Origin: an uncultured Dinoroseobacter sp.
Lineage (GTDB): Bacteria; Pseudomonadota; Alphaproteobacteria; Rhodobacterales; Rhodobacteraceae
Direction: 5' to 3'
Length of the DNA: 51,175 nucleotides
NCBI GenBank assembly: GCA_964539755.1
Contig: CAZIKH010000001.1
Coordinates: 1-51,175, forward strand
Position 1 is the stretch's first letter. Each line of letters begins with the position of its first letter. The notes beneath the pieces are model-generated. The model made no database searches. It had not been told where the DNA came from and worked only from the letters and a program-made list of their open reading frames with translations. Shown one piece after another: positions 9,168 to 20,079 of this stretch. The position numbers and the translations under genes were made by a program.

Positions 9168-10040
9168 TCAGATCAGGTCCGCGTGGATCATGGCGTCCTT
9201 GATCGCCAGTTTCACACCTTCCGACAGCCCGACCAGCGGCAAGCGCACGTCTTCGCGGCAGCGTCCCAGCAACGACAGGCCATACTTCGCCCCGACCAGA
9301 CCGGGTTCCAGGAAGATGGCTTCGTGCAGCGGCATCAGCTTGTCTTGCAAGACCAGTGCCGTGGCGTAGTCGCCGGCAAGGGTGGCTTCCTGAAACTGCG
9401 CGCACAGCTTCGGGGCCACATTCGCGGTCACGCTGATACAGCCGACACCGCCATGGGCGTTAAAGCCCAAGGCGCTGGCATCTTCACCCGACAGCTGGAT
9501 GAAGTCTGCGCCACAGGTCATGCGCTGCTTGCTGACGCGGGTGATATCGCCCGTCGCATCCTTGACGCCGACGATCCGGGGCAGCTTCGCCAACTGCCCC
9601 ATCGTGGCGGGCGACATGTCGATGACCGACCGACCCGGGATGTTGTAAATGATGATCGGAATGTCTGCGGCATCATGCAGGGCGGTGTAATGCGCGACCA
9701 AGCCGGCTTGCGTCGGCTTGTTGTAGTAGGGCGTTACAACCAGCGCGCCAGCGGCCCCAACACGCGCGGCATGCTGGATCAGCCCAATGCCTTCCGCCGT
9801 GTTGTTCGACCCGGCCCCGGCAATCACGGGTACGCGACCGGCGGCGGCCTTTACCACGGCTTCGACAACGGCTTCATGCTCGGCATGGCTCAGCGTGGGG
9901 CTTTCCCCCGTGGTCCCGACCGGGACAAGGCCATGGCTGCCTTGTTCGATCTGCCATTCGACCAGCGCCTCGAGCGCGTCGAAATCCACCGCGCCGTCTT
10001 TCATCGGCGTGACCAGGGCTGGCATCGATCCTTTGAACAT
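9168..10040 (-). CDS. dapA: 4-hydroxy-tetrahydrodipicolinate synthase
   Basis: GTTGES, PYYNKP, YNIPGRS and [10 protein letters not shown]; AGGAG RBS before ATG 10040. Confidence 0.96.
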   Translation of the reverse strand: MFKGSMPALVTPMKDGAVDFDALEALVEWQIEQGSHGLVPVGTTGESPTLSHAEHEAVVEAVVKAAAGRVPVIAGAGSNNTAEGIGLIQHAARVGAAGALVVTPYYNKPTQAGLVAHYTALHDAADIPIIIYNIPGRSVIDMSPATMGQLAKLPRIVGVKDATGDITRVSKQRMTCGADFIQLSGEDASALGFNAHGGVGCISVTANVAPKLCAQFQEATLAGDYATALVLQDKLMPLHEAIFLEPGLVGAKYGLSLLGRCREDVRLPLVGLSEGVKLAIKDAMIHADLI

Positions 10041-10190
10041 CTTCTCCTCCTTTGGTCGCGGTGTGGCTGGGATGGCGGATACCCGCCCTTTACCCCAAGG
10101 CGCAAGGGTCGACACAGAATTGTTCATGGGGTTGCGGCGGAAATGCGCTATGCTGTCCGCGAGAGCAGAGCAGAACACGCGGAAACCGCC

Positions 10191-12155
10191 ATGATCCTTC
10201 GATCCTTCCGGGCAGCAGCGCTGTTGCTGGCCGTTATCCTGTCAACGACCCTGTCCGCCGCCGCCCAAAGCCCCCGCGCCGCGACGCTGGCTGCGGCGTT
10301 AGAGGCCGTGCGCAGTTCGGATTGGGATCAGGCGCTGGCCTTGGCGGCCACCCTGCCCGACCAGCAGGCCCGCGACGTGATCACGTGGCATTGGTTGCGC
10401 GCACCGCAGGGCCGTTTCGAAGACTATCTTGCCTTTCTGGCCCGCAATGGCGACTGGCCGGGGCTGCCGCTGATGCGTCGCCGGGGCGAAGCGTCCATTC
10501 CCGAAGGTGCCAGTCTGTCCCAGTTGCGGGCCTATTTCGGTCCCGAAGCCCCCCAAACCGGCATCGGGGCTTTGCGCCTTGCCGATGCGCTGCGGGCCAA
10601 TGGCCAAGGCGACGATGCGGATGCGCTGATCGTGCGGGCGTGGCGCCTGTTTTCCTTGAACCCCGAGCTTGAGGCGATTTATCAGCAACGCTTCGGCACC
10701 CTGTTGGCCCCGCATCATGTCGCCCGGCTGGACCAATTGCTGTGGGATGGATCGACCGCTGCCGCAGCCCGGATGCTGCCCTTGGTCGACAGTGGCTGGC
10801 AGCGGTTGGCCGAAGCCCGCATCGCCCTGCGCAATGACGAAAACGGCGTGGACGCCCTGATCGCTGCGGTGCCCGCCCGGTTGGCGGATGACCCCGGCCT
10901 AGCCTATGAACGCTATCGCTGGCGGCTGAACAAGCGCCGCTGGGCTTCGGCCATCGAGTTGATGGAGGAACGCTCGACCTCGGCCGACAGTCTCGGGCGA
11001 CCGGAATACTGGGCCGCGCGGCGGGCCGATCTGGCCCGCGACCTGATGCGCGATGACGACGATCGCTTGGCCTACCGTGTGGCCGCACGCCATCACCTGC
11101 CGCCGCCGGACGACTACGACGACTATTCCGAACTGGAATGGCTGGCCGGGTATATCGCCCTGCGAAAACTGGGCGATGCCAGCACCGCCCTGACCCATTT
11201 CCAGCGGTTTTCCCCCACCGTCACCTCGCCGATTTCGGCCGGGCGGGCCGGCTATTGGCAAGGCCGCGCCTACGAAGCGTTGGGACAATCCGACAATGCC
11301 CGGGCCGCCTATCTGCGCGGCGCACAGCACCAGACCGCCTTCTACGGGCAGTTGGCCGCCGAGCGGATCGGCTTGGCCCCAGACCCCGCCCTGCTGGGCC
11401 AAGAGGTGTATCCCGATTGGCGCACCCAGCCGTTCATGTCCACCAGCGTTCTGCAAGCGGCCTTGCTGCTGCACGAAGCCGGGGAACGGGATCTGGCCGA
11501 ACGCTGGATGGTGCATTTGTCGGAACGCCTGACACTGGAGGAACGCGGCGCGCTGGCCGATCTGGCCTTTCACCTGCGCGAACCGCACATCGCCTTGCGC
11601 TTGGCCAAATGGGCCGCAAGCGAAGGCCAAATTCTGCAACGCGCCTATCATCCTGTGACCGAGATTGCCGATGCCGGGCTTGGCATCCATCCGGCGCTGG
11701 CCCTTGCCATCGCCCGCCGCGAAAGCGAATTCGACCCTGAAGTCATCAGCGGCGCAGGGGCTTTGGGCCTGATGCAGGTCATGCCGCGCACCGGACAGGA
11801 AACCGCCCGGCAACTGGGCTTACCCTATTCGCGCGAACGCATGCTGACCGATCCGTCCTACAATGCCCAATTGGGGTCCGAGTATCTGCGCCGCCAGATC
11901 GAAGATTTTGGCACTGCGCTGACCCTGATCGCCGCTGCCTACAATGCGGGACCCAGCCGCCCAACGGCCTGGATTGAACGGTTCGGCGATCCGCGCAGCG
12001 ACAGTGTCGATGTGATCGATTGGATCGAACACGTCCCGTTCACCGAGACCCGGAACTACATCATGCGCGTCACCGAAAGCCGTGTGGTCTATGGCATGCG
12101 GCTGGCGGGGCGCACCCTGCCATATGATGTGATCGACAAGCTGAAGGGACGCTAG
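10191..12155 (+). CDS. Soluble lytic murein transglycosylase (Slt70-like)
   Basis: Signal peptide, helical repeats, and a C-terminal SLT domain ([28 protein letters not shown]). Confidence 0.92.
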   Translation: MILRSFRAAALLLAVILSTTLSAAAQSPRAATLAAALEAVRSSDWDQALALAATLPDQQARDVITWHWLRAPQGRFEDYLAFLARNGDWPGLPLMRRRGEASIPEGASLSQLRAYFGPEAPQTGIGALRLADALRANGQGDDADALIVRAWRLFSLNPELEAIYQQRFGTLLAPHHVARLDQLLWDGSTAAAARMLPLVDSGWQRLAEARIALRNDENGVDALIAAVPARLADDPGLAYERYRWRLNKRRWASAIELMEERSTSADSLGRPEYWAARRADLARDLMRDDDDRLAYRVAARHHLPPPDDYDDYSELEWLAGYIALRKLGDASTALTHFQRFSPTVTSPISAGRAGYWQGRAYEALGQSDNARAAYLRGAQHQTAFYGQLAAERIGLAPDPALLGQEVYPDWRTQPFMSTSVLQAALLLHEAGERDLAERWMVHLSERLTLEERGALADLAFHLREPHIALRLAKWAASEGQILQRAYHPVTEIADAGLGIHPALALAIARRESEFDPEVISGAGALGLMQVMPRTGQETARQLGLPYSRERMLTDPSYNAQLGSEYLRRQIEDFGTALTLIAAAYNAGPSRPTAWIERFGDPRSDSVDVIDWIEHVPFTETRNYIMRVTESRVVYGMRLAGRTLPYDVIDKLKGR

Positions 12156-13039
12156 GCGCGGGACCCTGCGGACCGGGCCTGGTGTTCGCGCCACAGGGTA
12201 AACAGGCCCGCGCCCACCACCATGGCCGCGCCGATGGCGACATTGGCGCGCACGGTTTCATTGAAGACGGTGATCCCCAGGATCGAGACCCAGACCAGTT
12301 GCAGGTAGGCAAAGGGTTGGACGACACCGGCTTCGGCGACCTCGTAGCATTTGATCAGCAAGAAATGCCCCAGCGCGCCGGTGACGCACAGCACCGCCAT
12401 CCAGCCCCAATCCGTTGGGGTCATCGGTTCCCAGAACCAGATACCGACGCAGGTGATAACCGCCGCCCCGACCGTGCCGGTCCAGAAGAAACTGGTCGCA
12501 GCGCTGTCCTGCCGGGACGCATACCGCGTCAACAACCCATAAAGCGCGAACATCAACGCCGCGACAAAGGGCACCAATGCCAAGGGCGAGAAGACCCCGG
12601 TGCCGGGCTGCAAGATGATCAGAACCCCGACAAAGCCCACGCCAATCGCCGCCCAGCGCCGCCAGCCGACGCGCTCGCCTAGAATTGGCCCGGACAAGGC
12701 GGCAATCAGCAGGGGATAGGACACAAAAACCGCGTGGCTTTCGACCAGCCCCAGCAGCACAAAGGCGCTGACCATGATGCAGATTTCTGCGACCAACAGG
12801 ACCGCACGGAAGGCTTGCAGGATCGGTTGACGGGTGGCGGCGGCGGCCCGCAATCCGCCCGCTTTGCGGGCCGCAACGGCGATGACGAAGGCGGCAAAGA
12901 ACCAATAGCGGATCATGACCACCATCAGCACATTGTATTCGGCGGCCAGATGCCGGGACACGCCGTCTTGCAACGCAAAGACCACCGTGGTGGCAATCAT
13001 CAGCCAGATGCCCAGCCACACCTGGTTTTGTTGGGTCAT
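12152..13039 (-). CDS. DMT/EamA family transporter
   Basis: About 10 TM helices; LGERVGWRRWAAIGVGFVGVLII signature. Confidence 0.88.
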   Translation of the reverse strand: MTQQNQVWLGIWLMIATTVVFALQDGVSRHLAAEYNVLMVVMIRYWFFAAFVIAVAARKAGGLRAAAATRQPILQAFRAVLLVAEICIMVSAFVLLGLVESHAVFVSYPLLIAALSGPILGERVGWRRWAAIGVGFVGVLIILQPGTGVFSPLALVPFVAALMFALYGLLTRYASRQDSAATSFFWTGTVGAAVITCVGIWFWEPMTPTDWGWMAVLCVTGALGHFLLIKCYEVAEAGVVQPFAYLQLVWVSILGITVFNETVRANVAIGAAMVVGAGLFTLWREHQARSAGSRA

Positions 13040-13719
13040 GAACGCCTCTCCAAACGTCCGGTCGTCATATGCCGCTTCCGACCGAATCCCGGTTTGCGTT
13101 GAACATCAAACCCCGCCGCCTGCAAGGCACGCCGGACATGTCCTGCTGCGGTATAGGTTGCAAATGTGCCGTCCGGATTGGTCTTGTCGGCAACCGTTCG
13201 CAGCAGGTCGGGTTCCCAAAGCTGCGGGTTCTTTGCGGGGGAAAAGCCGTCCAGAAACCAAGCATCGGCACCGCCAGTCCACGCAGGCAGCGTGTCACGC
13301 GCATCGCCGACGACAATCGTCACCGCCACCTGATCCCCCAGCAAGAAGCTGCGTCCGCCGGTCCAACCCGCGACAAGTTCCTTGGCCAAGGGGGCCAGTT
13401 CCCCAAACGCGGAAAGTGCTTTTTCCAACGCAGCGGGCGCCAACGGAAAGGCTTCGAAGCTGGTATAGGTCAGCCGTCCCATAACCCCGGCTGCGCGCCA
13501 CGCTTGCCACGCTGCCAACAGGTTCAGCCCGGTTCCGAAGCCCAGTTCCGCGATATGGAACCCATCGGCAAATCGCGCCGGAAGATCGTTCCCCGACAAG
13601 AAGACGTGGCGTGTTTCTGCAAGCCCGTCTTGCAAGGAATAATACGGATCGTCAAAGCGCCGCGCGACCGGAACGCCCTCGGCCCAATCGAGGTCGGCAT
13701 GCTGGTCAAGTTCCGTCAT
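13036..13719 (-). CDS. mnmD: tRNA mnm5s2U34 methyltransferase (MnmC methyltransferase domain, MnmD)
   Basis: FDDPYYS, ELGFGTGLN, AWFLDGFSPAKNP and GFGRKRHM; ATGA overlap with the DMT gene. Confidence 0.88.
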   Translation of the reverse strand: MTELDQHADLDWAEGVPVARRFDDPYYSLQDGLAETRHVFLSGNDLPARFADGFHIAELGFGTGLNLLAAWQAWRAAGVMGRLTYTSFEAFPLAPAALEKALSAFGELAPLAKELVAGWTGGRSFLLGDQVAVTIVVGDARDTLPAWTGGADAWFLDGFSPAKNPQLWEPDLLRTVADKTNPDGTFATYTAAGHVRRALQAAGFDVQRKPGFGRKRHMTTGRLERRS

Positions 13720-13770
13720 TTGCCGTAGGCCCATCGCAGTTTCAGCGCATCCTGTGCGGGAGTTTCCGGT

Positions 13771-14814
13771 TTGGCAATCGCGGATATAACGGTTCTGGGG
13801 GGCGGCATTTTCGGCCTTTCCATCGCGTGGACCGCTGCGGCGCGGGGGGCACGGGTGCGGCTGATTGAACGAACGCGCATCGGCGCGGGGTCCAGTGGGG
13901 GGCTTGTGGGGGCCTTGGCCCCACATACGCCGGAAAACTGGAACCCAAAGAAGGCGTTTCAGCTGGAAAGCCTGCTGATGGCGGAAAGCTTCTGGCAGGC
14001 GGTCGCCGACGCTTCGGGCGTCGATCCGGGATACGCTCGGCTGGGGCGCCTTCAATCGATCGCGGATGACAAGGCCTTGGCGCTGGCACAGGCCCGCGCC
14101 CAATCGGCCCAAACCCTGTGGCAAGGACGGGCGGAATGGCGGGTCTTGCCCGCGGACAGGTTTGCAGGCTGGGGTCCGTCAACCCCAAGTGGTCTTGTCA
14201 TCTTCGACAGTCTGACTGCGCGCCTGCATCCCCGGCAGGCCGCACAGGCGCTTGTTGCGGCGATCCAAGCCAAGGGCGGACAGATCCTGTTTGGCGAGGC
14301 CGACCCGGAAGGGGCCGTGGTGGATGCGACTGGTGTTGCTGGTTTGGATCGGCTGTCCCACGACCTTGGCAGGCCGGTGGGCAACGGTGTGAAGGGGCAA
14401 GCCGCCTTGCTGGGTCTGGATGCCCGAAACCAGCCGCAACTGTTTCTGGATGGCTTGCACATCATTCCCCATGCCGATGGCACAACCGCGATTGGGTCAA
14501 CCTCGGAACGGGATTTTGATACCCCTGATCAGACGGATGATCGGTTGGACGCGCTGATCGCGACGGCGCGTCGCCTGTGCCCTGCCTTGGCGAACGCCCC
14601 GGTTCTGGGCAAATGGGCCGGGGTTCGCCCCCGCGCCCGAAGCCGCGCGCCCATGCTGGGACAAGACCCCACCGCCCCCAACAGGTTCATCGCGAATGGC
14701 GGTTTCAAGATCGGATTTGGCATGGCCCCAAAGGTGGCCGAGGTGATGGTCGATCTGGTGCTTGAAGGGCGCGATGCAATCCCGGATGGATTCCGGGTTG
14801 AAGACAGTTTCTGA
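13771..14814 (+). CDS. FAD-dependent oxidoreductase (DAO/glycine oxidase family; possible MnmC oxidase half)
   Basis: VLGGGIFG FAD motif, VKGQ, WAGVRP and GGFKIGFGMAP; TTG start after GGGAG. Confidence 0.85.
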   Translation: MAIADITVLGGGIFGLSIAWTAAARGARVRLIERTRIGAGSSGGLVGALAPHTPENWNPKKAFQLESLLMAESFWQAVADASGVDPGYARLGRLQSIADDKALALAQARAQSAQTLWQGRAEWRVLPADRFAGWGPSTPSGLVIFDSLTARLHPRQAAQALVAAIQAKGGQILFGEADPEGAVVDATGVAGLDRLSHDLGRPVGNGVKGQAALLGLDARNQPQLFLDGLHIIPHADGTTAIGSTSERDFDTPDQTDDRLDALIATARRLCPALANAPVLGKWAGVRPRARSRAPMLGQDPTAPNRFIANGGFKIGFGMAPKVAEVMVDLVLEGRDAIPDGFRVEDSF

Positions 14815-14865
14815 TTGGTCGGAACGGTGACATAAGGCGCTGCCACGGGGATCGGGCGTCGGAAA

Positions 14866-15318
14866 TCAGCCTTGATCCCACCGGTCCAAGGCTGCTTCGT
14901 CAGCTTCCTTTGCGGCAACCCAGTCTGAACCGGTCCGGGTTCGTTCCTTCTTCCAGAAGGGTGCGCGGGACTTCAGATAGTCCATCAGGAATTCCGCCGC
15001 CGCGAAGGCGTCGGCACGATGCGGCGCGGCGGTGATGACCATCATGATTGGGGCATTCAGGGCAATCGCGCCATGGCGGTGCAAGACGAAGGCCTCGCCC
15101 AAAGACCAGCGCGCCATCGCTTCTTCCAAAATGTCCGCAATCGCCCGTTCGGTCATTCCCGGATAGTGTTCGATCTCGAGCGCGGTCAGCCCGCCCGCGA
15201 CATCGCGCGCAAGGCCCGAGAAACTGACCACCGCGCCCATCCCGTCCAAGGCGTCGCAAAATCGGTTCAGTTCGGCCCCCGGATCGAAAGGGTCTGCCTG
15301 CACCCGGACAATCGGCAT
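14866..15318 (-). CDS. moaE: Molybdopterin synthase catalytic subunit
   Basis: GAVVSFSG, EHYPGM, HRADAF and DYLKSRAPFWKKE. Confidence 0.95.
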   Translation of the reverse strand: MPIVRVQADPFDPGAELNRFCDALDGMGAVVSFSGLARDVAGGLTALEIEHYPGMTERAIADILEEAMARWSLGEAFVLHRHGAIALNAPIMMVITAAPHRADAFAAAEFLMDYLKSRAPFWKKERTRTGSDWVAAKEADEAALDRWDQG

Positions 15319-15319
15319 G

Positions 15320-15571
15320 TTAGCCCCCGGTCATCGGCGGGAAAATCGCCACTTCACGGGACCCAGCCAAGGGGGCCTCCAGCGTGGTCAGGGTCTGATC
15401 GACAGCCACCCGCACCGCCCCAAGGTCCGAAAACGCGACCGCATAGCGGTCTTCCCGCGCGGCAAGCTCGGCAATCAGGTCGGCGACGGTGGCCGCGTCG
15501 GTTTCGACGGTTTCCCGGCCAAGCCCGATCCGTTCGCGCACCCACGCGAAATAAAGCACTTCAATCTTCAT
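15320..15571 (-). CDS. moaD: Molybdopterin synthase sulfur carrier subunit
   Basis: MKIEVLYFAWVRE...EVAIFPPMTGG with C-terminal GG; ATGA overlap with pgsA. Confidence 0.95.
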   Translation of the reverse strand: MKIEVLYFAWVRERIGLGRETVETDAATVADLIAELAAREDRYAVAFSDLGAVRVAVDQTLTTLEAPLAGSREVAIFPPMTGG

Positions 15572-16152
15572 TTCGGCGCTCGCAAATAGGGCAGCGCCTT
15601 GGCGAAGTAATCCCCACCCGTCAGCAGGGTCAAACCGCCCGCCACCCAAAGCAGGCCAACGCCGCACCAGAAAACGATCTGGGCCAGCGTGTGCCACCAA
15701 TCCATCCGTTCGATCCCCATCCCCGCAAACAGCACCGCGATGGCGATCATCTGCAATGTCGTCTTCCACTTGGCCAGTTTCGTCACCGCCAGTTTGCCGC
15801 TGTCCGCGCCCAGAAATTCGCGCAAGCCGCTGACAAAAACCTCGCGAAACAGGATCATAACGGCGGGCAGGATGATCCACGGGTTCATCCCCGAATAACC
15901 TGTGATCACGAACAACGCGATCACCACCATCACCTTGTCGGCAATCGGGTCCAGCATCGCGCCAAATCGGCTTTCCTGTTTCCACGCACGCGCCAGATAC
16001 CCGTCGACAAAATCCGTCAAGGCCGCGCCGACAAACAGCACCAAGGCATAAAGATCGGCCCAGGGACGATCAAAATACAGGAACATGACCGCCACACCGG
16101 GGGCGGCCAGCAATCGCAGGATCGTCAGGATATTGGGCAGCGTCCAAATCAT
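15568..16152 (-). CDS. pgsA: CDP-diacylglycerol--glycerol-3-phosphate 3-phosphatidyltransferase
   Basis: TLPNILT and the CDP-alcohol phosphatidyltransferase motif TDFVDGYLAR..GAMLDPIADK. Confidence 0.95.
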   Translation of the reverse strand: MIWTLPNILTILRLLAAPGVAVMFLYFDRPWADLYALVLFVGAALTDFVDGYLARAWKQESRFGAMLDPIADKVMVVIALFVITGYSGMNPWIILPAVMILFREVFVSGLREFLGADSGKLAVTKLAKWKTTLQMIAIAVLFAGMGIERMDWWHTLAQIVFWCGVGLLWVAGGLTLLTGGDYFAKALPYLRAPK

Positions 16153-16374
16153 GTCGTGTGTCTAGCTGTTGGCCGCCAGCGGGAAAAGAGGCTTATCGCC
16201 CACCACTGTTTCGGCCTTGTGGCTTGAAACCCAAAAAGATCGTGAATCTGATCGCCCCCTCTACCCGGGCTCGTTCTGTTCGATAAGCTTCGACACGAGG
16301 GTCAGATCCACGTGATCGCCCCACGGTTTACCAGTGCCCCGCGTTTTGTCTTGACCCAAGAATGGAGCACCAGA

Positions 16375-18204
16375 ATGCCTTCCCAACCCAGCGCGCCAAG
16401 TGATCTGGATTTCGACGTTTCCCTGTCGGCGGACGTCTCGCAAACCGAACTGACGATCACCAGCACCACGGGCGGCGTAACCCCGCGCTATGGGTCCGAG
16501 ATGACCCAATCAACGGTCAGCGCCGGAACCGCTATCGAAACAAGCGGCACCAAGATTTCCCAGCGCAGCGAATTCATCGAAACCGCAGAAAGTGACGATC
16601 TGAACACGGCGGGCAGCGGCACGATGTGGTACGCGTTCTCGCTTTATATCGACCCGACCAGCGGCTTGCCCACGGACAATGGCAATGACCCCGAGGCCAA
16701 TGTCAGCCTGTTCCAGTTCCACCAGCGCGACGCGAACGGCACTTCGACAAGCCCCGCGCTGATGATCGAGATTGACCAGTATGGCGATATCATTGCCCAT
16801 TTCGGCGATGACGTGGGCAAGCGCAGCTATGTCCTCGTCGATGGCGGCACGTCTGGCACGGACGCAACGGGTCAGTGGATCGACTTCGTCATCGGTATGG
16901 ATTGGTCAACCACCTCTGGCGGGTCGGCGGATTTCTATGTGCGCGAAGAAGGGGAAACCGCCTACACCTTGGAAGCCAGCGATACCGGGCAGAACACGTC
17001 GACAGGGAACGTGTATCTGAAATACGGGGTGTATCGAAACTTCTTGGAACGCGACCCTGCCCTGCAGGCTTCAACAACGACGGCCTATTACGACGGCGTG
17101 CGTCGGTCCGACAGCCAGACCGAAATCTTTGCCGACCCGTCCGAAGGCGTGGCCGCCGGAACGGATTATGCCGACTTGATCACGGGCGGGTCTGGCGATG
17201 ATCGGCTTCGCGGCAATGATGGGGACGACACCCTTCTGGGCGGCGGCGGCGATGATGTGTTTTTCGGCGGGCAGGGCATCGACACGGTGTCCTATGCCGA
17301 CGCCGGGGCAGGCGTGACCGCAAACCTGACCGACGCCAGCCAGAATATGGGCGAGGCCGCAGGCGATCAGTATGACGACATCGAAAACCTAATCGGCAGC
17401 GCATTCGATGACACGCTGATCGGCTCTGGCACGAACAATGCCCTGATAGGCGGCGCTGGAAATGACACGTTGTCGGGTCACAGTGGCGATGACTTGCTGG
17501 ATGGGGGCGATGGGAATGACGTCTTGGATGGCGGAAAATCCGACGATCACCTGTTCGGCGGCGCGGGCAACGACACGCTGATCGGCGGGGATGGCGATGA
17601 CACGCTGGAAGGCCAGTCCGGGGATGACGCGCTGTCTGGCGGGTCTGGCCGCGACACATTGATGGGGGGCGACGGCAACGACACCCTCGATGGCGGCAAA
17701 TCCGATGACAGTTTGGATGGCGGCGCGGGCAACGACATCTTGAGCGGCGGCGACGGCAAGGATGACCTGCTTGGACAAGCGGGCGATGATTTCCTCTTTG
17801 GGGGATCGTCCAACGACACGCTGGACGGTGGGTCGGGCGACGACCTGCTGGACGGCGGTGGCAGCCGCGACTGGCTGATCGGGGGCACGGGGTCAGACAA
17901 TCTGACCGGCGGCGGTGGCTATGACTATTTCATCTTCCGCCCCAGCGACCTGTCCGGCAGCACCGACACCATAACGGATTTCACTTGGAAAAGCAGTGAA
18001 CGCGACCGGATCGACCTGACCGATCTGGATCTGCTGGCCATTTGGGGCACCCAGACGGCATGGGCAGATGCAAATGCCAGCTATGATGCGGGCGGCGCGC
18101 GGGTGGTTCTGGACCTTGGGTCGGGCAACCTGATCCATGTCGAAGACCATGACGGGTTGGGCGCCAGCTTCTTGGCCGATGTCCTGGCAGGCACGCTGCT
18201 CTAG
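16375..18204 (+). CDS. RTX-repeat Ca-binding exoprotein with N-terminal polysaccharide-lyase-like (heparinase I-like jelly-roll) domain
   Basis: GGAG RBS before ATG 16375. N-domain motifs QRSE, WYAFSLYID, LFQFHQ, GQWIDF, YLKYGVYR and YYDGVR; more than 20 GGxGxDxLx nonamers; C-terminal DTITDF..DRIDL T1SS-type tail; no Sec signal peptide. Confidence 0.82.
   Translation: MPSQPSAPSDLDFDVSLSADVSQTELTITSTTGGVTPRYGSEMTQSTVSAGTAIETSGTKISQRSEFIETAESDDLNTAGSGTMWYAFSLYIDPTSGLPTDNGNDPEANVSLFQFHQRDANGTSTSPALMIEIDQYGDIIAHFGDDVGKRSYVLVDGGTSGTDATGQWIDFVIGMDWSTTSGGSADFYVREEGETAYTLEASDTGQNTSTGNVYLKYGVYRNFLERDPALQASTTTAYYDGVRRSDSQTEIFADPSEGVAAGTDYADLITGGSGDDRLRGNDGDDTLLGGGGDDVFFGGQGIDTVSYADAGAGVTANLTDASQNMGEAAGDQYDDIENLIGSAFDDTLIGSGTNNALIGGAGNDTLSGHSGDDLLDGGDGNDVLDGGKSDDHLFGGAGNDTLIGGDGDDTLEGQSGDDALSGGSGRDTLMGGDGNDTLDGGKSDDSLDGGAGNDILSGGDGKDDLLGQAGDDFLFGGSSNDTLDGGSGDDLLDGGGSRDWLIGGTGSDNLTGGGGYDYFIFRPSDLSGSTDTITDFTWKSSERDRIDLTDLDLLAIWGTQTAWADANASYDAGGARVVLDLGSGNLIHVEDHDGLGASFLADVLAGTLL
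17389..17928 (+). repeat. Block of 20 consecutive RTX nonapeptide repeats (27-bp period)
   Basis: LIGSAFDDT through LTGGGGYDY read directly in the translation. Confidence 0.9.
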
Positions 18205-18210
18205 GTCCGG

Positions 18211-20079
18211 CTAGCCGGCTTGAAAGAAGTCGTAGATCTTCTCGGCCATCGAGGCCGAGATCCCTTCGACAGCTTTCAGGTCTTCGAGATGGGCGCGGCT
18301 GACCGCCTTGGCGCTGCCGAAATGCGCCAGCAGCGCCCGTTTTCGATTGGCCCCAACACCGGGAATGTCGTCCAAGGGCGTCGCCCCGATGGCCTTGGCG
18401 CGCTTGGCGCGATGGGTTCCGATGGCAAACCGATGCGCTTCGTCCCGCAAACGCTGGATGAAATACAAGACCGGGTCATTGTGTTTCAGCGCGAACGGGC
18501 GCTGACCGGGGCGGTGGAATTCTTCCTTGCCGTGATCCCGGTCCACCCCCTTGGCAACCCCGATGAAGGGCACATCTTCAACCCCTAGATCGCCCAGGAT
18601 TTCGGCAACAGCGCTGACTTGCCCGGCCCCACCGTCGATCAGCAACAGGTCCGGCCAGGCATCGGTCTGGCGGTCGGGGTCTTCTTTCAGCAAACGTTTG
18701 AACCGACGTTCCAGCACTTCTTTCATCATGCCGAAATCGTCACCGGGGGTCAGGCTGTCGCCCTTGATGTTGAACTTGCGGTACTGGCTTTTCAGGAACC
18801 CGTCCGGTCCGGCCACGATCATACCCCCGACCGCGTTGGTCCCTTGGATATGGCTGTTGTCGTAGACCTCGATCCGCGCAGGCGGGGCGTCAAGGTCGAA
18901 GGCCTCAGCCAAACCAGCCAGCAATTTGCCTTGTGTCGCGCTTTCGCTGAGCTTCCGGGCAAGGCTTTCGCGGGCATTGCGGGCCGCGCCTGACACCAGT
19001 TCGGCCTTTTCCCCGCGCAGCGGGACCTGAATTTCGACCTTGCGCCCAAGTTTGTCCGTCAAAGCAGCGGTCATCAGATCCAGATTTTCGATGGGATGGG
19101 ACAGCAGCACCTGCCGTGGCGGTTCGCGGTCGGAATAGAACTGCCCAAGGAAGGCTTCGAGGATCTCAGCCTCCTCCGCGCCCGACCCCGTGCGGGGATA
19201 GTAGTCGCGGTTGCCCCAGTTCTGATTGGCGCGGATGAAGAACACCTGCACACAGGCTTGCCCCCCATCCAGATGCAGGGCGATCACATCCGCCTCGGTC
19301 ACCCCTTGGGGATTAATCCCTTGGGTTGTCTGCACTTGGGTCAGGGCGCGAATTCGGTCGCGCAAAGCCGCGGCGCGTTCGAATTCCATTGCGTCCGAGG
19401 CTTCTTGCATCTGTTTGGCCAGATCGCCCTGAACTTTTGTCGACCGCCCGGATAAGAACCGTTCCGCGTCCTTCACCAAATCGGCATAGTCGTCTTCGGT
19501 GATCTTACCAACGCAAGGGGCGCTGCACCGCTTGATCTGATACAGCAGGCAAGGCCGCGTCCGGCTTTCAAACATCGCGTCCGAGCAGTTCCGCAACAAG
19601 AAGACCTTCTGCAACTGGTTCAGCGTCCGGTTCACCGCGCCTGCGCTGGCGAACGGGCCGTAATACTTGCCGGGTTCTTTCTTGGCGCCGCGATGCTTCT
19701 TGATTTGCGGGAAGCCATGGGAGCGACTGACAAGGATGTTCGGAAAGCTTTTGTCATCGCGCAGCAGCACGTTGAACTTTGGCTTGAGCTGCTTGATCAG
19801 GTTCTGTTCCAGCAACAGCGCTTCGGTTTCCGTGCGGGTCGTCAGGAACATCATCGACGCGGTTTCACGGATCATCCGGGCAATGCGCGCCGAGTGCCCC
19901 GAAGGGCGCGCGTAGTTCGACACGCGGGCCTTCAGATTGCGGGCCTTGCCGACGTACAAGACGCGGTTTTCCGCATCCAGCATGCGGTACACACCCGGCG
20001 ACGCATCCAGCGTTTTCAGATAGGCCTGAATGACCGCATGTCCGGTGCGCGCAGGGGTGGCAGAGGTATCGTGGGGCAT
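18211..20079 (-). CDS. uvrC: Excinuclease ABC subunit C
   Basis: GIY-YIG domain ([15 protein letters not shown]), [25 protein letters not shown] and HhH. Confidence 0.97.
   Translation of the reverse strand: MPHDTSATPARTGHAVIQAYLKTLDASPGVYRMLDAENRVLYVGKARNLKARVSNYARPSGHSARIARMIRETASMMFLTTRTETEALLLEQNLIKQLKPKFNVLLRDDKSFPNILVSRSHGFPQIKKHRGAKKEPGKYYGPFASAGAVNRTLNQLQKVFLLRNCSDAMFESRTRPCLLYQIKRCSAPCVGKITEDDYADLVKDAERFLSGRSTKVQGDLAKQMQEASDAMEFERAAALRDRIRALTQVQTTQGINPQGVTEADVIALHLDGGQACVQVFFIRANQNWGNRDYYPRTGSGAEEAEILEAFLGQFYSDREPPRQVLLSHPIENLDLMTAALTDKLGRKVEIQVPLRGEKAELVSGAARNARESLARKLSESATQGKLLAGLAEAFDLDAPPARIEVYDNSHIQGTNAVGGMIVAGPDGFLKSQYRKFNIKGDSLTPGDDFGMMKEVLERRFKRLLKEDPDRQTDAWPDLLLIDGGAGQVSAVAEILGDLGVEDVPFIGVAKGVDRDHGKEEFHRPGQRPFALKHNDPVLYFIQRLRDEAHRFAIGTHRAKRAKAIGATPLDDIPGVGANRKRALLAHFGSAKAVSRAHLEDLKAVEGISASMAEKIYDFFQAG

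Noticed and set aside
9159-10190. Apparent 998-aa ORF adding 344 aa to the lytic transglycosylase
   Set aside because: The extension is antisense to dapA; the signal peptide starts at ATG 10191.
16273-16292. GTTC repeats as a LexA (GTTC-N7-GTTC) box; also sought upstream of uvrC
   Set aside because: Spacing does not fit N7, and no match was found before uvrC.
17389-17928. 27-bp periodic repeats as a CRISPR or other non-coding array
   Set aside because: In-frame degenerate RTX coding repeats with no spacers and no cas genes.
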